A stretch of DNA of 63,399 nucleotides, filler included. It is 11 parts of 11 records of this genome, joined end to end, with 100 filler letters (N's around TTAATTAATTAA, not from the genome) between each part and the next. Parts side by side here need not be neighbours in the genome. Positions count along the whole stretch, not along the records: positions 19,861 to 25,361 come from SRR20825010_4898; positions 25,462 to 32,544 come from SRR20825010_4911; 9 more parts are not named here. The stretch is one strand, 5' to 3'. How positions within the stretch are numbered: position 1 is the first letter of the stretch; every line of letters starts with the position of its first letter. The translations under genes and the position numbers were made by a program. Shown here one piece after another: positions 19,862-29,906 of this stretch. The notes under the pieces were generated by a model, which was not told the DNA's origin, did no database searches, and worked only from the letters and a program-made list of their open reading frames with translations.

Positions 19862-20668
19862 CTGGCGCCGTTCTTCTTTCGCAAACAAGAGCGCGAAACA
19901 TCCGAGGCCTTCGCCCGGGCGACCGCGGTGTCCGGTATGACCGAGTCAGCGATGGAATGGGCCTTGCGCAAGGCCGGGCGCGCCAAGACGGACAGGGATT
20001 TCTGGCACCCGTTCACCTATCCTGGCACCGGCAGGTCCGCGGCCGATGCAACTGCCGATCTGTCCGCCTACGGTTTGGAAAGGATCCCTGAAGATCATAC
20101 GGTTTTCTGTTTCTTCGGGACCCATTCCCATCGGGTGAACCTTGAAATGTTCGTTGAGGCGTTTCTGGCCGCGGAGAAGCGCGGTTTGCCGGTCTCGGCT
20201 GTCTTCTGCGGCGATGGCGAAGTGCACGCCAACCTTCTGAAAATGGCCGATGGCTCACGCAACATCTATTTTCCAGGCTGGATGAACGCGATCGAAATAG
20301 AGGCGGTTCTGGCAATGTCGGACGTCGGCGTCCTGCCTTACAACACGCCTGATTTTTTCATGAACATGCCCAATAAGATGGCGGAATATTTCTACGGTGG
20401 CCTGCCGGTTCTTTCCTGCACCTATGGCGAGGTCAAGAAACTCATCGAGGCAAGAGGCTGCGGTTTCTGGTGCGAACCTTCCGTCGATAATATTGTCAAG
20501 AAAATTGAATTCATTAGCCAAAACACGGACAAACTGGCTGATGCCAAGATCACGGCGCGGCAGGTGTTTGATGAGATCTTCGATCAGGACACCGTGTTCT
20601 CCGAAGTGAGGCGGCGTCTGCTGGAACTGTCCAACCAGGCGCAATCATCCAGAAAGCAAGTCCCTTGA
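19862..20668 (+). CDS. GT4-like glycosyltransferase (5'-partial)
   Basis: SDVGVLPY...MPNKMAEYFYGGLPVL GT-B C-terminal motif. Confidence 0.85.
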   Translation: MAPFFFRKQERETSEAFARATAVSGMTESAMEWALRKAGRAKTDRDFWHPFTYPGTGRSAADATADLSAYGLERIPEDHTVFCFFGTHSHRVNLEMFVEAFLAAEKRGLPVSAVFCGDGEVHANLLKMADGSRNIYFPGWMNAIEIEAVLAMSDVGVLPYNTPDFFMNMPNKMAEYFYGGLPVLSCTYGEVKKLIEARGCGFWCEPSVDNIVKKIEFISQNTDKLADAKITARQVFDEIFDQDTVFSEVRRRLLELSNQAQSSRKQVP

Positions 20669-21744
20669 AAATCCTGACTGTCATCGGCGCCCGGCCGCAA
20701 TTCATCAAGGCGATCGCGCTGTCCCATGCCATCGCCAACCGCGATGCCGTTGAAGAGGTGCTGTTGCACACCGGCCAGCACTATGACGACAACATGTCGG
20801 ACGTATTCTTCCGCGAGCTTGGTCTTGCTGCGCCGAAATACCGGTTCGATCTGGGCGGCGGGACGCATGGCCACATGACCGGCCGGCAACTAGCATCCAT
20901 CGAGGACGCGCTGATTGCCGAAAAACCGGACGTCCTTCTGGTCTACGGTGACACCAATTCGACTCTTGCCGGTGCGCTTGCCGCCGCCAAGCTGCACATT
21001 CCGGTGGCGCATGTCGAGGCTGGTTTGCGTTCGTTCAACCGGCGCATGCCGGAGGAAATCAACCGTGTCCTCTCCGATCACATCGCCACATGGTTGTTTG
21101 CCCCAACGCAGACGGCGGTCGACAATCTCGTCAAAGAGGGAATTGGCGGCGACCGTGTCCATCTTGTTGGCGATGTCATGTATGACGTCGCCCGGCTCGT
21201 CATTGATGATCCGTCGCGGCAAACCGACATTGCCCAGCGCCTCGGGATTGCGGGGAAAGACTACGTGGTTTCGACCCTGCACCGGCAGGAGACGACGGAT
21301 GATCCGGCACGGCTCATTGCCATCCTTGACACGCTGGCTGGCCTCGCCGGTCGCATGCCGGTGGTCCTGCCGATGCACCCGCGCACCCGCAAGACCATCG
21401 CAGCCATGCCGGAGGCGGAAAAGGCCCTCTCGGTCTTGACCGTCACCGAGCCGCTCGGTTTTTTCGATATGGCGACGCTCCTGGCCGGCGCCCGTCTGGC
21501 GGTGACCGATTCGGGCGGTCTGCAGAAGGAAGCCTTTTTCCACCGCGTTCCCTGCGTGACGGTGCGCGACGAAACCGAATGGGTGGAATTGGTGGAACTG
21601 GGCTGGAACCGTCTGCCTGCAGATTTCACAAAGCAATCAATCTCGGCAGCTATCGAAGCCGCGCTTTCCGCATCACCGGGTGTGGATGCAGAACCTTACG
21701 GTACTGGCGAGGCTGCCGAAGCAATTCTGGAGGCCCTTCTTTGA
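20665..21744 (+). CDS. wecB: UDP-N-acetylglucosamine 2-epimerase, non-hydrolysing (WecB/WbpI family)
   Basis: GARPQFIK, HTGQHYD, GDTNST, HVEAGLRS, TDSGGLQKEA; TTG start overlapping the upstream stop. Confidence 0.9.
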   Translation: MKILTVIGARPQFIKAIALSHAIANRDAVEEVLLHTGQHYDDNMSDVFFRELGLAAPKYRFDLGGGTHGHMTGRQLASIEDALIAEKPDVLLVYGDTNSTLAGALAAAKLHIPVAHVEAGLRSFNRRMPEEINRVLSDHIATWLFAPTQTAVDNLVKEGIGGDRVHLVGDVMYDVARLVIDDPSRQTDIAQRLGIAGKDYVVSTLHRQETTDDPARLIAILDTLAGLAGRMPVVLPMHPRTRKTIAAMPEAEKALSVLTVTEPLGFFDMATLLAGARLAVTDSGGLQKEAFFHRVPCVTVRDETEWVELVELGWNRLPADFTKQSISAAIEAALSASPGVDAEPYGTGEAAEAILEALL

Positions 21745-21799
21745 ACAGCTGGATATGCTGGCCGTGGGGAAGGCTGACAACGACAACAGAGGTCGTGTC

Positions 21800-22912
21800 A
21801 TGACTGCGAGATTGGTTCATGTCACAACGGTTCATCCGCGTTTCGATACCAGGATCTTTCGCAAAGAGTGCGGCTCACTTCGAGATGCTGGATATGACAT
21901 TCACCTCGTTGTCGCAGACGGGAACGGAGACACCGAGGCTGATGGTATTCAGATCCACGATGTCAGTGGGACTAAAGGCCGACTGAAGCGGATGCTTTTG
22001 CTGCCGCTGCGCGCTTTCTCTCGTGTGCGTTCATTAAGACCGGCCGTTGTGCATTTTCATGATCCGGAATTGCTTCCAATGGGTCTAACGTTGCGCCTGC
22101 TCGGCTACAGGGTCGTCTATGACGCACATGAAGACCTGCCGCGGGCCATCTTGAGCAAGCACTGGATACGGCCGGTCATTCGGGGGCTGGTCTCGTCGGT
22201 ATCCGAGTTTGTCGAAGATTTCTGCTCAAGGCGCCTGAGTGCAGTCGTTGCGGCGACACCACATATCGCCAAGCGGTTCCAAGCCATCCAAACCAATGCA
22301 ATCAGCGTTACCAACTATCCGGTGATTGCCGAGGGCAACAGTTCCCTGAAACGTCAGCCAGATCCTCGGACCTTCGTCTATGTGGGGGCGATTTCGCGCA
22401 AACGCTCGGCCGTTGAGATGGTGCTTGCGACCGCGCTGGCAGATTCGCGGATTATAATTGCGGGTCCTTATGAAGATCAGGCTTTGGCTGCCGAATTGGC
22501 GGCAATGCCCGAATGGAAAAATATTGAGTATCTTGGCATCGTGGACCATGACCGCGTATGGGAATTGATGTCGCGCTCGCTCGGAGGTCTGCTGTTTTTT
22601 CATCCCGAGCCAAATCACGTCAATTCTGTGCCAAACAAGATGTTTGAATACATGGCTGGCGGAATTCCGATCCTGTGTTCGGATTTTGATGACTGGCAGA
22701 AGATCATTGTGGAAAACGACATCGGCCTGACCTGCAATCCACTGGATCCGAAAGCCATTGCAGCACTGATGCGGCGGATTATCGATGATCCCGAAGCGGC
22801 CGAAACCATGGGGCGGCGCGGGCGGCAGGTTGTCATGGAAAAGTACCGCTGGGAAAACGAAGCCGCAAAGCTGGTTGCACTGTACGAGCGCCTGCTCGCC
22901 AGCAAGGCTTGA
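21800..22912 (+). CDS. GT4 family glycosyltransferase
   Basis: HVTTVHPRFDTRIF, HFHDPEL, YDAHED, PNKMFEYMAGGIP. Confidence 0.9.
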   Translation: MTARLVHVTTVHPRFDTRIFRKECGSLRDAGYDIHLVVADGNGDTEADGIQIHDVSGTKGRLKRMLLLPLRAFSRVRSLRPAVVHFHDPELLPMGLTLRLLGYRVVYDAHEDLPRAILSKHWIRPVIRGLVSSVSEFVEDFCSRRLSAVVAATPHIAKRFQAIQTNAISVTNYPVIAEGNSSLKRQPDPRTFVYVGAISRKRSAVEMVLATALADSRIIIAGPYEDQALAAELAAMPEWKNIEYLGIVDHDRVWELMSRSLGGLLFFHPEPNHVNSVPNKMFEYMAGGIPILCSDFDDWQKIIVENDIGLTCNPLDPKAIAALMRRIIDDPEAAETMGRRGRQVVMEKYRWENEAAKLVALYERLLASKA

Positions 22913-23056
22913 AACGGGTCGGTGATCGAGGGATCCCGTTCAGCGCATGCAGGCCGCTCTTGGCGCCAACATGGCGTTGCCCCATGGGACTCGGATCGGC
23001 ACGCTCTTGAAACCGGCCAAGATTTCCGGCAGGCCAATTGTTTCGTGCGCGATCTC

Positions 23057-24322
23057 TCACCTGTCAGGCGGGGTCCAGTCGGTTTCCACGGACTTGCGGC
23101 GGCTCAGGCGCAGGGCGAGGCCAATGGATACGCCGGCGCCTATGGCCACGGTCAGGTCGACGAGAACCGTCAGGACCAGCGTCAGAACCAGAAGCAGGAT
23201 ATCGCTTTTCCTGCCGCGCGCATATTCGCGCCATTTGTGCGGTTCCGTCATGTTCCAGGCCGTGATGATGAGAAGGGCTGCAAGCGCCGGCATGGCCAGG
23301 TAGCTCGCGGCGGGCGCGGCAAACGCCATCACCAGCAAGATGACGACCGCATGCACAAGCCCCGCGACCGGCGTCTTGCCGCCGGCCTTTATGTTCGTCG
23401 CGGTTCGTGCAATCGCGCCGGTGGCCGGAAGGCCGGTGAACAGCGCGGAACCTATGTTGGCGATGCCTTGCGCCGTCAGCTCGGCATTGGGCCTGTGCTG
23501 TCCCGCGATCATCTTGTCGGCGACCATCGCCGACAGCAGCGATTCGACCCCTGCCAGAAAGGCGATGATGAAGGCGGATGGCAGCAGCTCGATCATGCGC
23601 GAGACGGAAAGGTCCGGCAGTTGCGGCCATGGCATCTGGCTCGGAAGTTCGCCGAACCGGGAGCCGAGCGTATCGACCGGCAGCGCCATCAGCGCCACCA
23701 GCGCCGACCCGACCCCGACGGCCACGATAAGGCCGGGGAAGCGGGGGGCGATGCGCCGCAGGAAGACGATCAATATCAGCGTGACGATCGCAATTGCGAA
23801 AGTCGCGGGACTGAAACTCTCCCGCGCCTCCCACAGCACCGGAATCTTTTCCAGGAAGTCCGCCGGCTCCTTGTCGACGGCCAGGCCGAGGAAGTCCTTC
23901 AACTGGCTTGTGGCAATGATGATGCCGATACCGATGGTGAACCCGTTCACCACCGCCTCCGGCACGAACGCAATCAGGCTTCCGGCCCGGAAATAGCCGC
24001 CGACAAGCAGGATGATGCCCGCCATGAAGGTCGCCAGCACAAGGCCGTCATATCCGAACTGGGAGATCACGCTGAACACGACGACGATGAAGGCCCCTGT
24101 CGGGCCTCCGATCTGGACGCGGCTGCCGCCAAACAGCGAAATCAGGAAGCCGCCGACAATGGCGGTGACAATCCCCTTGTCCGGATCCGCGCCGGAGGCG
24201 ATGGCGATGGCGAGGCTCAGCGGCAGCGCAACCATGGCGACCGTTGCCCCGGCCAGCAGGTCACTGACAAAAAGCCGCCAGCTGTAGGTCTGAAGAGTGG
24301 TGATTATCTTTGGTTGACGCAT
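23057..24322 (-). CDS. SulP/SLC26 anion transporter without a C-terminal STAS domain
   Basis: DLLAGATVAMVALPLSLAIA, GGSRVQIGGPTGA, ESLLSA, GAIARTATN; ends shortly after the last TM at 421 aa. Confidence 0.9.
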   Translation of the reverse strand: MRQPKIITTLQTYSWRLFVSDLLAGATVAMVALPLSLAIAIASGADPDKGIVTAIVGGFLISLFGGSRVQIGGPTGAFIVVVFSVISQFGYDGLVLATFMAGIILLVGGYFRAGSLIAFVPEAVVNGFTIGIGIIIATSQLKDFLGLAVDKEPADFLEKIPVLWEARESFSPATFAIAIVTLILIVFLRRIAPRFPGLIVAVGVGSALVALMALPVDTLGSRFGELPSQMPWPQLPDLSVSRMIELLPSAFIIAFLAGVESLLSAMVADKMIAGQHRPNAELTAQGIANIGSALFTGLPATGAIARTATNIKAGGKTPVAGLVHAVVILLVMAFAAPAASYLAMPALAALLIITAWNMTEPHKWREYARGRKSDILLLVLTLVLTVLVDLTVAIGAGVSIGLALRLSRRKSVETDWTPPDR

Positions 24323-24434
24323 TTTGAGAGCCCGTTGCCAAAATTGCCAGAGTCTGTGTTTCTCTTCGTGCAGCTTCGAGCGGCAGGATCGTCGGCAGGG
24401 CTGTCGGCGGTCGCCGTCGCGACTTGACTGATGT

Positions 24435-24707
24435 TCAGTGCGGCGTTGCGGATGCCGATGCCGGGGTTTTCAGCCTGACCCCGCGCCCACCGGCGGTGCT
24501 GGCCGCGTGATCTCCGATGAGTTCGATGCCGGCCTTGTCGAGCGCCTCCGCCACCTTGGTGAGCGTATCTATGGTGCCCCGGACATTGCCATCACTGGCC
24601 TCCATCCGCTGAACCGTCGGCAGCGATACCCCGGCCATCGCGGCAAGGTTTTTCTGGTCGATTCCGAGAAGCGCCCGGGCGGCGCGCAGCTGTGCGGCGG
24701 TGATCAT
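24435..24707 (-). CDS. XRE-family HTH transcriptional regulator
   Basis: QLRAARALLGIDQKNLAAMAGVSLPTVQRME...GRGVRL. Confidence 0.9.
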   Translation of the reverse strand: MITAAQLRAARALLGIDQKNLAAMAGVSLPTVQRMEASDGNVRGTIDTLTKVAEALDKAGIELIGDHAASTAGGRGVRLKTPASASATPH

Positions 24708-24758
24708 GCTGTGGGCTCATGCTTCAAGGCTTCATATAGATGCATTCTACGCGCATAC

Positions 24759-24796
24759 TCATGCTTGAGACATCAATACTCCCATCTCAAGCGTGA
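24759..24796. promoter_or_regulatory. Imperfect inverted repeat upstream of the XRE gene, candidate operator
   Basis: TCATGCTTGAGA-N14-TCTCAAGCGTGA (11 of 12 positions pair). Confidence 0.4.
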
Positions 24797-24868
24797 TGCA
24801 AGACATCTCCGCTGGCGCCCCGTCGTGAACGCCGGCGGCAGGTCGGCTCCGGCTCGCTCCCGCGGATA

Positions 24869-25360
24869 TCACTCGCCTTGCGGCAAGGTCTGCGGGCTTG
24901 CGCCTGGCTCGGGCAATGGCTCGGGCAATTGCTTGTGCCCCCACTCGATCCTCTTGTAGTCAAAGCCGTATTCAAGCGTCGGCTTGACCACCTTGAAATA
25001 GGGAGAGAGGTCGAAATCCCGCGGCGCGAACAGCGAATGATGCCTGATGTGCAGGATCTCGCGGCGGGAATAGTCCGAATCCGCCCGCTGCCTGCCCGGT
25101 GCGCGGGTGATCTCGGGAAGGATGGGGTATTGCACTGATTGGAAAGCCTGGGCGATCATCGAGGAGCAGATGGCGCGGGTCGGGTCGCCCGATCCGAAGG
25201 CGATCATCCGTCTGCGCCAGCGCACCGGCACCGGCGGTGTCGGGAAGAAATAGCGCAACATGTCGAAAATGTTCTTCATGTCGTAGCGGACGCCGAGCCG
25301 TTCCACCATGTAGGAGACCACGGCAGCGCGATCCTCGGGGGTCAGGCCCATAGGCCGGCA
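24869..25360 (-). CDS. YiiX/YebB-like permuted NlpC/P60 papain-fold hydrolase (5'-partial)
   Basis: CRPMGL...LGVRYD...AICSSMIAQAF (C-terminal catalytic Cys of the permuted fold). Confidence 0.75.
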   Translation of the reverse strand, partial: CRPMGLTPEDRAAVVSYMVERLGVRYDMKNIFDMLRYFFPTPPVPVRWRRRMIAFGSGDPTRAICSSMIAQAFQSVQYPILPEITRAPGRQRADSDYSRREILHIRHHSLFAPRDFDLSPYFKVVKPTLEYGFDYKRIEWGHKQLPEPLPEPGASPQTLPQGE

Positions 25361-25361
25361 G

Positions 25362-25461
25362 NNNNNNNNNNNNNNNNNNNNNNNNNNNNNNNNNNNNNNN
25401 NNNNNTTAATTAATTAANNNNNNNNNNNNNNNNNNNNNNNNNNNNNNNNNNNNNNNNNNNN
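25362..25461. other. Artificial contig linker
   Basis: N44-TTAATTAATTAA-N44. Confidence 0.99.
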
Positions 25462-25462
25462 G

Positions 25463-27466
25463 CCCAAGCGCCGCACCAAGGCGATGATCGCCAAGGAAGC
25501 CGGACTGGAAGCACTGGCAGACGCTCTGCTCGCCGATCCCACACTCGATCCGCAAACCGTCGCCGCCACCTATGTCGATGAAGCCAAAGAAATCAAAGAC
25601 GCCGCCGCCGCGCTGGAAGGTGCCCGCGCCATCCTGATCGAACGCTTCTCCGAAGATGCAGATCTGGTCGGTGCATTGCGCGAGGAAGTCTGGACGCGTG
25701 GCAAACTCGCATCCAAGGTCCAGACCGGCAAAGAACAGACAGGCGAGAAATTCGCCGACTATTTCGACTTCTCCGAAGCCCTGACCAAATTGCCGTCCCA
25801 TCGCATCCTCGCGCTTTATCGCGGCGAAAAAGAAGAAATGCTCTCGCTGACACTCGTGCCCGAAGAAGTCGCGCCGGGACAGGAAACCCAGCCCTCATCT
25901 TACGAACGCCGCATCGCCCATCATTTCGGCATCACCGATCAGGGCCGCGCCGCCGACAAATGGCTCGCTGACACGGTGCGCTGGACATGGCGCACAAAAA
26001 TCATGCTGCATATCAATCTCGACCTGCGCATGCGCCTGCGCCAGTTTGCCGAGGACGAAGCCACAAAGGTCTTTGCCGGCAATCTGCGCGATCTGCTGCT
26101 CGCCGCCCCTGCCGGCACACGCGCAACGCTGGGTCTCGATCCGGGGTTCCGCACAGGCGTCAAGGTCGCCGTCGTCGATGCCACAGGCAAGGTCATGGCG
26201 CATGAGACGATCTATCCCCACCAGCCGCAAAACCGCTGGGACGAGGCCATCTCCATCCTCTCGCGTCTGTGCAAAGCCCATAAGGTCGATCTCGTCGCCA
26301 TCGGCAATGGCACAGCAAGCCGCGAGACCGACAAGCTGGCAGGCGAGCTGATGAGCCGCCACCCCGATCTCAAGCTCACCAAAGCCATGGTGTCGGAAGC
26401 CGGTGCTTCTGTCTATTCAGCCTCCGCCTATGCCAGCGCCGAATTACCCGATCTCGACGTCTCCATCCGTGGCGCGGTCTCCATCGCGCGCCGCCTGCAA
26501 GACCCGCTGGCCGAGCTTGTGAAGATCGACCCCAAATCCATCGGCGTCGGCCAGTACCAGCACGACATCGGCGAATATAAATTGTCGAAGTCGCTTGATG
26601 CCGTGGTCGAAGACTGCGTGAACGGCGTCGGCGTCGATGCCAACACCGCTTCCGTGCCGCTGCTCGCCCGTGTCTCCGGCATTGGCGAGAGCCTTGCCCA
26701 GTCCATCGTCGCCCATCGCGATGCGACCGGCCCCTTCAAGACCCGCGCAGGCCTGAAAGACGTGCCGCGCCTAGGTGCCAAAGCTTTCGAGCTTTGCGCG
26801 GGCTTCCTGCGCATCCCCAATGGCGACGATCCGCTGGATGCCTCATCTGTCCATCCCGAAGCCTATCCCGTCGTGCGCCGCATCATCGAGAAGACGGGCG
26901 ACGAGTTGAAAAACCTCATCGGCAATGCAGGCGAACTGCGCAAGCTGAACGCAAAAGACTTCACCGACGAAACATTCGGCCTGCCCACTGTCACCGACAT
27001 TCTGAAAGAACTCGAAAAGCCGGGCCGCGATCCCCGCCCTGCGTTCAAGACAGCCACCTTCATGGATGGTGTCGAAAAACTCTCCGACCTCAAGCCCGGC
27101 ATGATGCTGGAAGGCGTCGTCACAAACGTCGCCGCCTTTGGGGCCTTCGTCGACATCGGCGTCCATCAGGATGGCCTGGTCCACATCTCGGCCATGTCCG
27201 ACACTTTCGTCAAAGACCCCCGCGATGTGGCAAAGCCCGGCGATGTGGTCAAAGTAAAGGTGCTGGAAGTCGATGTGCAGCGAAAGCGCATCGCGCTCAC
27301 CATGCGCATGAGCGACGAAATCCCCGCACCGGGCGAAAAGCGCGAACGCCAGCCAAATCGCGGTCAGCAGCAGCGCGATGTGCAGCGCGCCCAGCCAAAA
27401 CCGGCAGCCCCCGCCGCCGATGGAGCCTTGGCCGATGCCTTGCGCCGTGCGGGCCTTGGCAAATAA
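25463..27466 (+). CDS. tex: Tex family RNA-binding transcription accessory protein (5'-partial)
   Basis: LGLDPGFRTGVK, VSEAGASVYSAS, IGVGQYQHD, C-terminal S1 domain. Confidence 0.95.
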   Translation, partial: PKRRTKAMIAKEAGLEALADALLADPTLDPQTVAATYVDEAKEIKDAAAALEGARAILIERFSEDADLVGALREEVWTRGKLASKVQTGKEQTGEKFADYFDFSEALTKLPSHRILALYRGEKEEMLSLTLVPEEVAPGQETQPSSYERRIAHHFGITDQGRAADKWLADTVRWTWRTKIMLHINLDLRMRLRQFAEDEATKVFAGNLRDLLLAAPAGTRATLGLDPGFRTGVKVAVVDATGKVMAHETIYPHQPQNRWDEAISILSRLCKAHKVDLVAIGNGTASRETDKLAGELMSRHPDLKLTKAMVSEAGASVYSASAYASAELPDLDVSIRGAVSIARRLQDPLAELVKIDPKSIGVGQYQHDIGEYKLSKSLDAVVEDCVNGVGVDANTASVPLLARVSGIGESLAQSIVAHRDATGPFKTRAGLKDVPRLGAKAFELCAGFLRIPNGDDPLDASSVHPEAYPVVRRIIEKTGDELKNLIGNAGELRKLNAKDFTDETFGLPTVTDILKELEKPGRDPRPAFKTATFMDGVEKLSDLKPGMMLEGVVTNVAAFGAFVDIGVHQDGLVHISAMSDTFVKDPRDVAKPGDVVKVKVLEVDVQRKRIALTMRMSDEIPAPGEKRERQPNRGQQQRDVQRAQPKPAAPAADGALADALRRAGLGK

Positions 27467-27517
27467 GACAAAAGACGGACCTAGCAGGGAAGCGCCGCTT
27501 CGCGCTAAAAGAGGCTC

Positions 27518-28222
27518 ATGAGCAAGAAAAAAACCGGCAAGACGCCCGAGCCTGTGATGAAAGATGAGCGCGAGCCCTGCCGCCTCTATCTTGTCACGCC
27601 GCCCCGCTTCGAACCCACCGCCTTTGCCGACACGCTGAAGGCGGCGTTGGACGCGGGCGATGTCGCCTCGCTGCAATTGCGCCTCAAGGCCGAAGGCGGT
27701 GCCTGTGCCAGCGACGATGCCGTCAAACGGGCGGCAGAGGCGCTGATGCCCGTCGCGCTGGAATATGACGTGGCCTTCATCGTCAATGACAGCCCCGACC
27801 TTGCCATGGAGCTGGGGGCCGACGGCGTGCATGTAGGACAGGACGACGCGTCCTACAAAAAAGCCCGTTCGATTGTCGGGCCGGATCGAATTGTCGGCGT
27901 GACCTGCCATGACAGCCGCCATCTGGCCATGGAGGCCGGCGAGGCGGGGGCGGATTATGTCGCTTTCGGCGCTTTTTTCGACACAGCCACAAAAGAGGCA
28001 AAAAGCCGCGCCGAAACGGACCTTCTGATCTGGTGGAGCCAGATGTTTGTCGTGCCATGCGTGGCCATCGGCGGCATCACGCCTGCCAATGCCCCTGCTT
28101 TGGTCAACGCTGGCGCGGATTTTCTGGCCGTCTCTGGAGGGGTCTGGGCCCATCCCCAAGGCCCCGCAGCCGCGGTACGCGACTTTAACCGTATCTTCGA
28201 CGAAGCCTTCCAAAGCTCATAA
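27518..28222 (+). CDS. thiE: Thiamine-phosphate synthase family protein
   Basis: LQLRLK, IVND, ADGVHVGQDD, VAIGGI. Confidence 0.88.
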   Translation: MSKKKTGKTPEPVMKDEREPCRLYLVTPPRFEPTAFADTLKAALDAGDVASLQLRLKAEGGACASDDAVKRAAEALMPVALEYDVAFIVNDSPDLAMELGADGVHVGQDDASYKKARSIVGPDRIVGVTCHDSRHLAMEAGEAGADYVAFGAFFDTATKEAKSRAETDLLIWWSQMFVVPCVAIGGITPANAPALVNAGADFLAVSGGVWAHPQGPAAAVRDFNRIFDEAFQSS

Positions 28223-28327
28223 AGGCTTGGCCTTTGACGCTGCTAAATGCTATCAGGGCGCGGCTTGCAGCCCTTTTGGGCGGCGTGAGCCTATGCACAA
28301 ATCCCTATAAAGCCCCGAGAGCCTTAC

Positions 28328-28894
28328 ATGTCCAAGATCAACGGTAACGAAATTCGACCCGGCAATGTAATTGAGCATCAGGGCGGCCTCTGGGCGGCTG
28401 TGAAGGTGCAGCACGTAAAGCCCGGCAAGGGCGGTGCCTTTGCACAGGTCGAACTAAAAAATCTGGTCGACAACCGCAAACTCAACGAACGCTTCCGCTC
28501 CGCCGAAACCGTCGAGCGCGTTCGTCTTGAGCAAAAGGACTACCAGTACCTCTACGAAGTCGACGGCATGCTGACATTCATGGACGACGAAACCTACGAA
28601 CAGATCGAATTGTCGCGTGACTGGGTTGGCGAACGCGCCGCCTTCTTGCAGGACGGCATGAAGGTCTGCGTCGAAAGCCATGAAGGCAAGGCGCTCGGCA
28701 TTTCGCTTCCCGATCAGGTGACACTCGAAATCACGGAAACGGAACCGACCGTAAAGGGCCAGACAGCCACCTCCTCCTACAAGCCCGCCATGCTCGAAAA
28801 CGGCGTGCGCGTCATGGTCCCGCCTTTCATCTCGACAGGCGAACGCATCGTGGTCGACACCAACGAAATCACATATCTGCGTCGCGCCGACTAA
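28328..28894 (+). CDS. efp: Elongation factor P
   Basis: [27 protein letters not shown]. Confidence 0.97.
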   Translation: MSKINGNEIRPGNVIEHQGGLWAAVKVQHVKPGKGGAFAQVELKNLVDNRKLNERFRSAETVERVRLEQKDYQYLYEVDGMLTFMDDETYEQIELSRDWVGERAAFLQDGMKVCVESHEGKALGISLPDQVTLEITETEPTVKGQTATSSYKPAMLENGVRVMVPPFISTGERIVVDTNEITYLRRAD

Positions 28895-28931
28895 CCTTCG
28901 CTTCCGATCCGTTTCAGCAAAGATAGAATAT

Positions 28932-29732
28932 ATGTCACGTCACACCCCCGTTATGACCGTCATGGTTGCCGCAGTCCGCAAGGCCGCGCGGGGGCTTCAG
29001 CGCGACTTTGGTGAAATCGAGAACCTTCAGGTCTCGATGAAAGGCCCCGGCGATTTTGTCTCTGCTGCCGACAAAAAAGCCGAGAAACTTCTGTTTGAAG
29101 AGCTGAACAAGGCCCGTCCGGGCTATGGCTTCCTGATGGAAGAAGGCGGCGCGGTCGAAGGCTCCGACAAATCGCATCGCTGGATCATTGATCCGCTGGA
29201 CGGCACGACAAACTTCCTGCACGGCATTCCGCATTTCGCGATTTCGGTCGGTCTGGAACGCGACGGCCAGATGGTGGCAGGTGTTGTCTATAATCCGGTG
29301 ACCGACGAACTCTATCTGGCCGAAAAAGGTCAGGGCGCATTCCTCAATGACCGCCGTCTACGCGTCTCGGCACGCCGCGACATCACGCAATGCGTGATCG
29401 GCTGCGGCATTCCCCATATCGGTCGTCCCGGCCACGAAATCTTCCTCAAGGAAGAACGCGCCGTGATGCTCAATTCATCCGGCCTGCGCCGCAATGGTGC
29501 TGCCTCGCTCGATCTGGCCTATGTGGCCGCTGGCCGCTTTGACGGCTTCTGGGAGGCAAACCTCAGCCCTTGGGACATGGCAGCAGGCATCGTGCTCGTG
29601 CGCGAAGCCGGTGGCACTGTGTCGGGCATCGAAGGCGGCGACACCATGATGAAGACCGGCGGTATTCTCGTCGGCAACGAGATGGTGCATGGCCAGCTGT
29701 CCAAGATCCTGAAAGCGGCCCGCAACGCCTGA
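28932..29732 (+). CDS. suhB: Inositol monophosphatase family protein SuhB
   Basis: WIIDPLDGTTNFLHG, WDMAAG. Confidence 0.93.
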   Translation: MSRHTPVMTVMVAAVRKAARGLQRDFGEIENLQVSMKGPGDFVSAADKKAEKLLFEELNKARPGYGFLMEEGGAVEGSDKSHRWIIDPLDGTTNFLHGIPHFAISVGLERDGQMVAGVVYNPVTDELYLAEKGQGAFLNDRRLRVSARRDITQCVIGCGIPHIGRPGHEIFLKEERAVMLNSSGLRRNGAASLDLAYVAAGRFDGFWEANLSPWDMAAGIVLVREAGGTVSGIEGGDTMMKTGGILVGNEMVHGQLSKILKAARNA

Positions 29733-29906
29733 TCTTCTCAGATCAGTGTCTCTTTCACCTTCTCGGTCCAATTTCCGCCGGAATTATCCGCTCAAACTCG
29801 TCTGCCCGTTAAGGCAGTTTTCGAAAAGGCGGGCCTGCGCCCTGTTCCCCGTGGACGAACCTGCTTAGACTGGCGCAAGACAACCCAGTAATACCAAGCG
29901 CACAGG

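Noticed and set aside
22922-24427. 501-aa plus-strand ORF
   Set aside because: Antisense shadow of GC-rich sulP; Arg/Gly/His-rich non-protein-like composition
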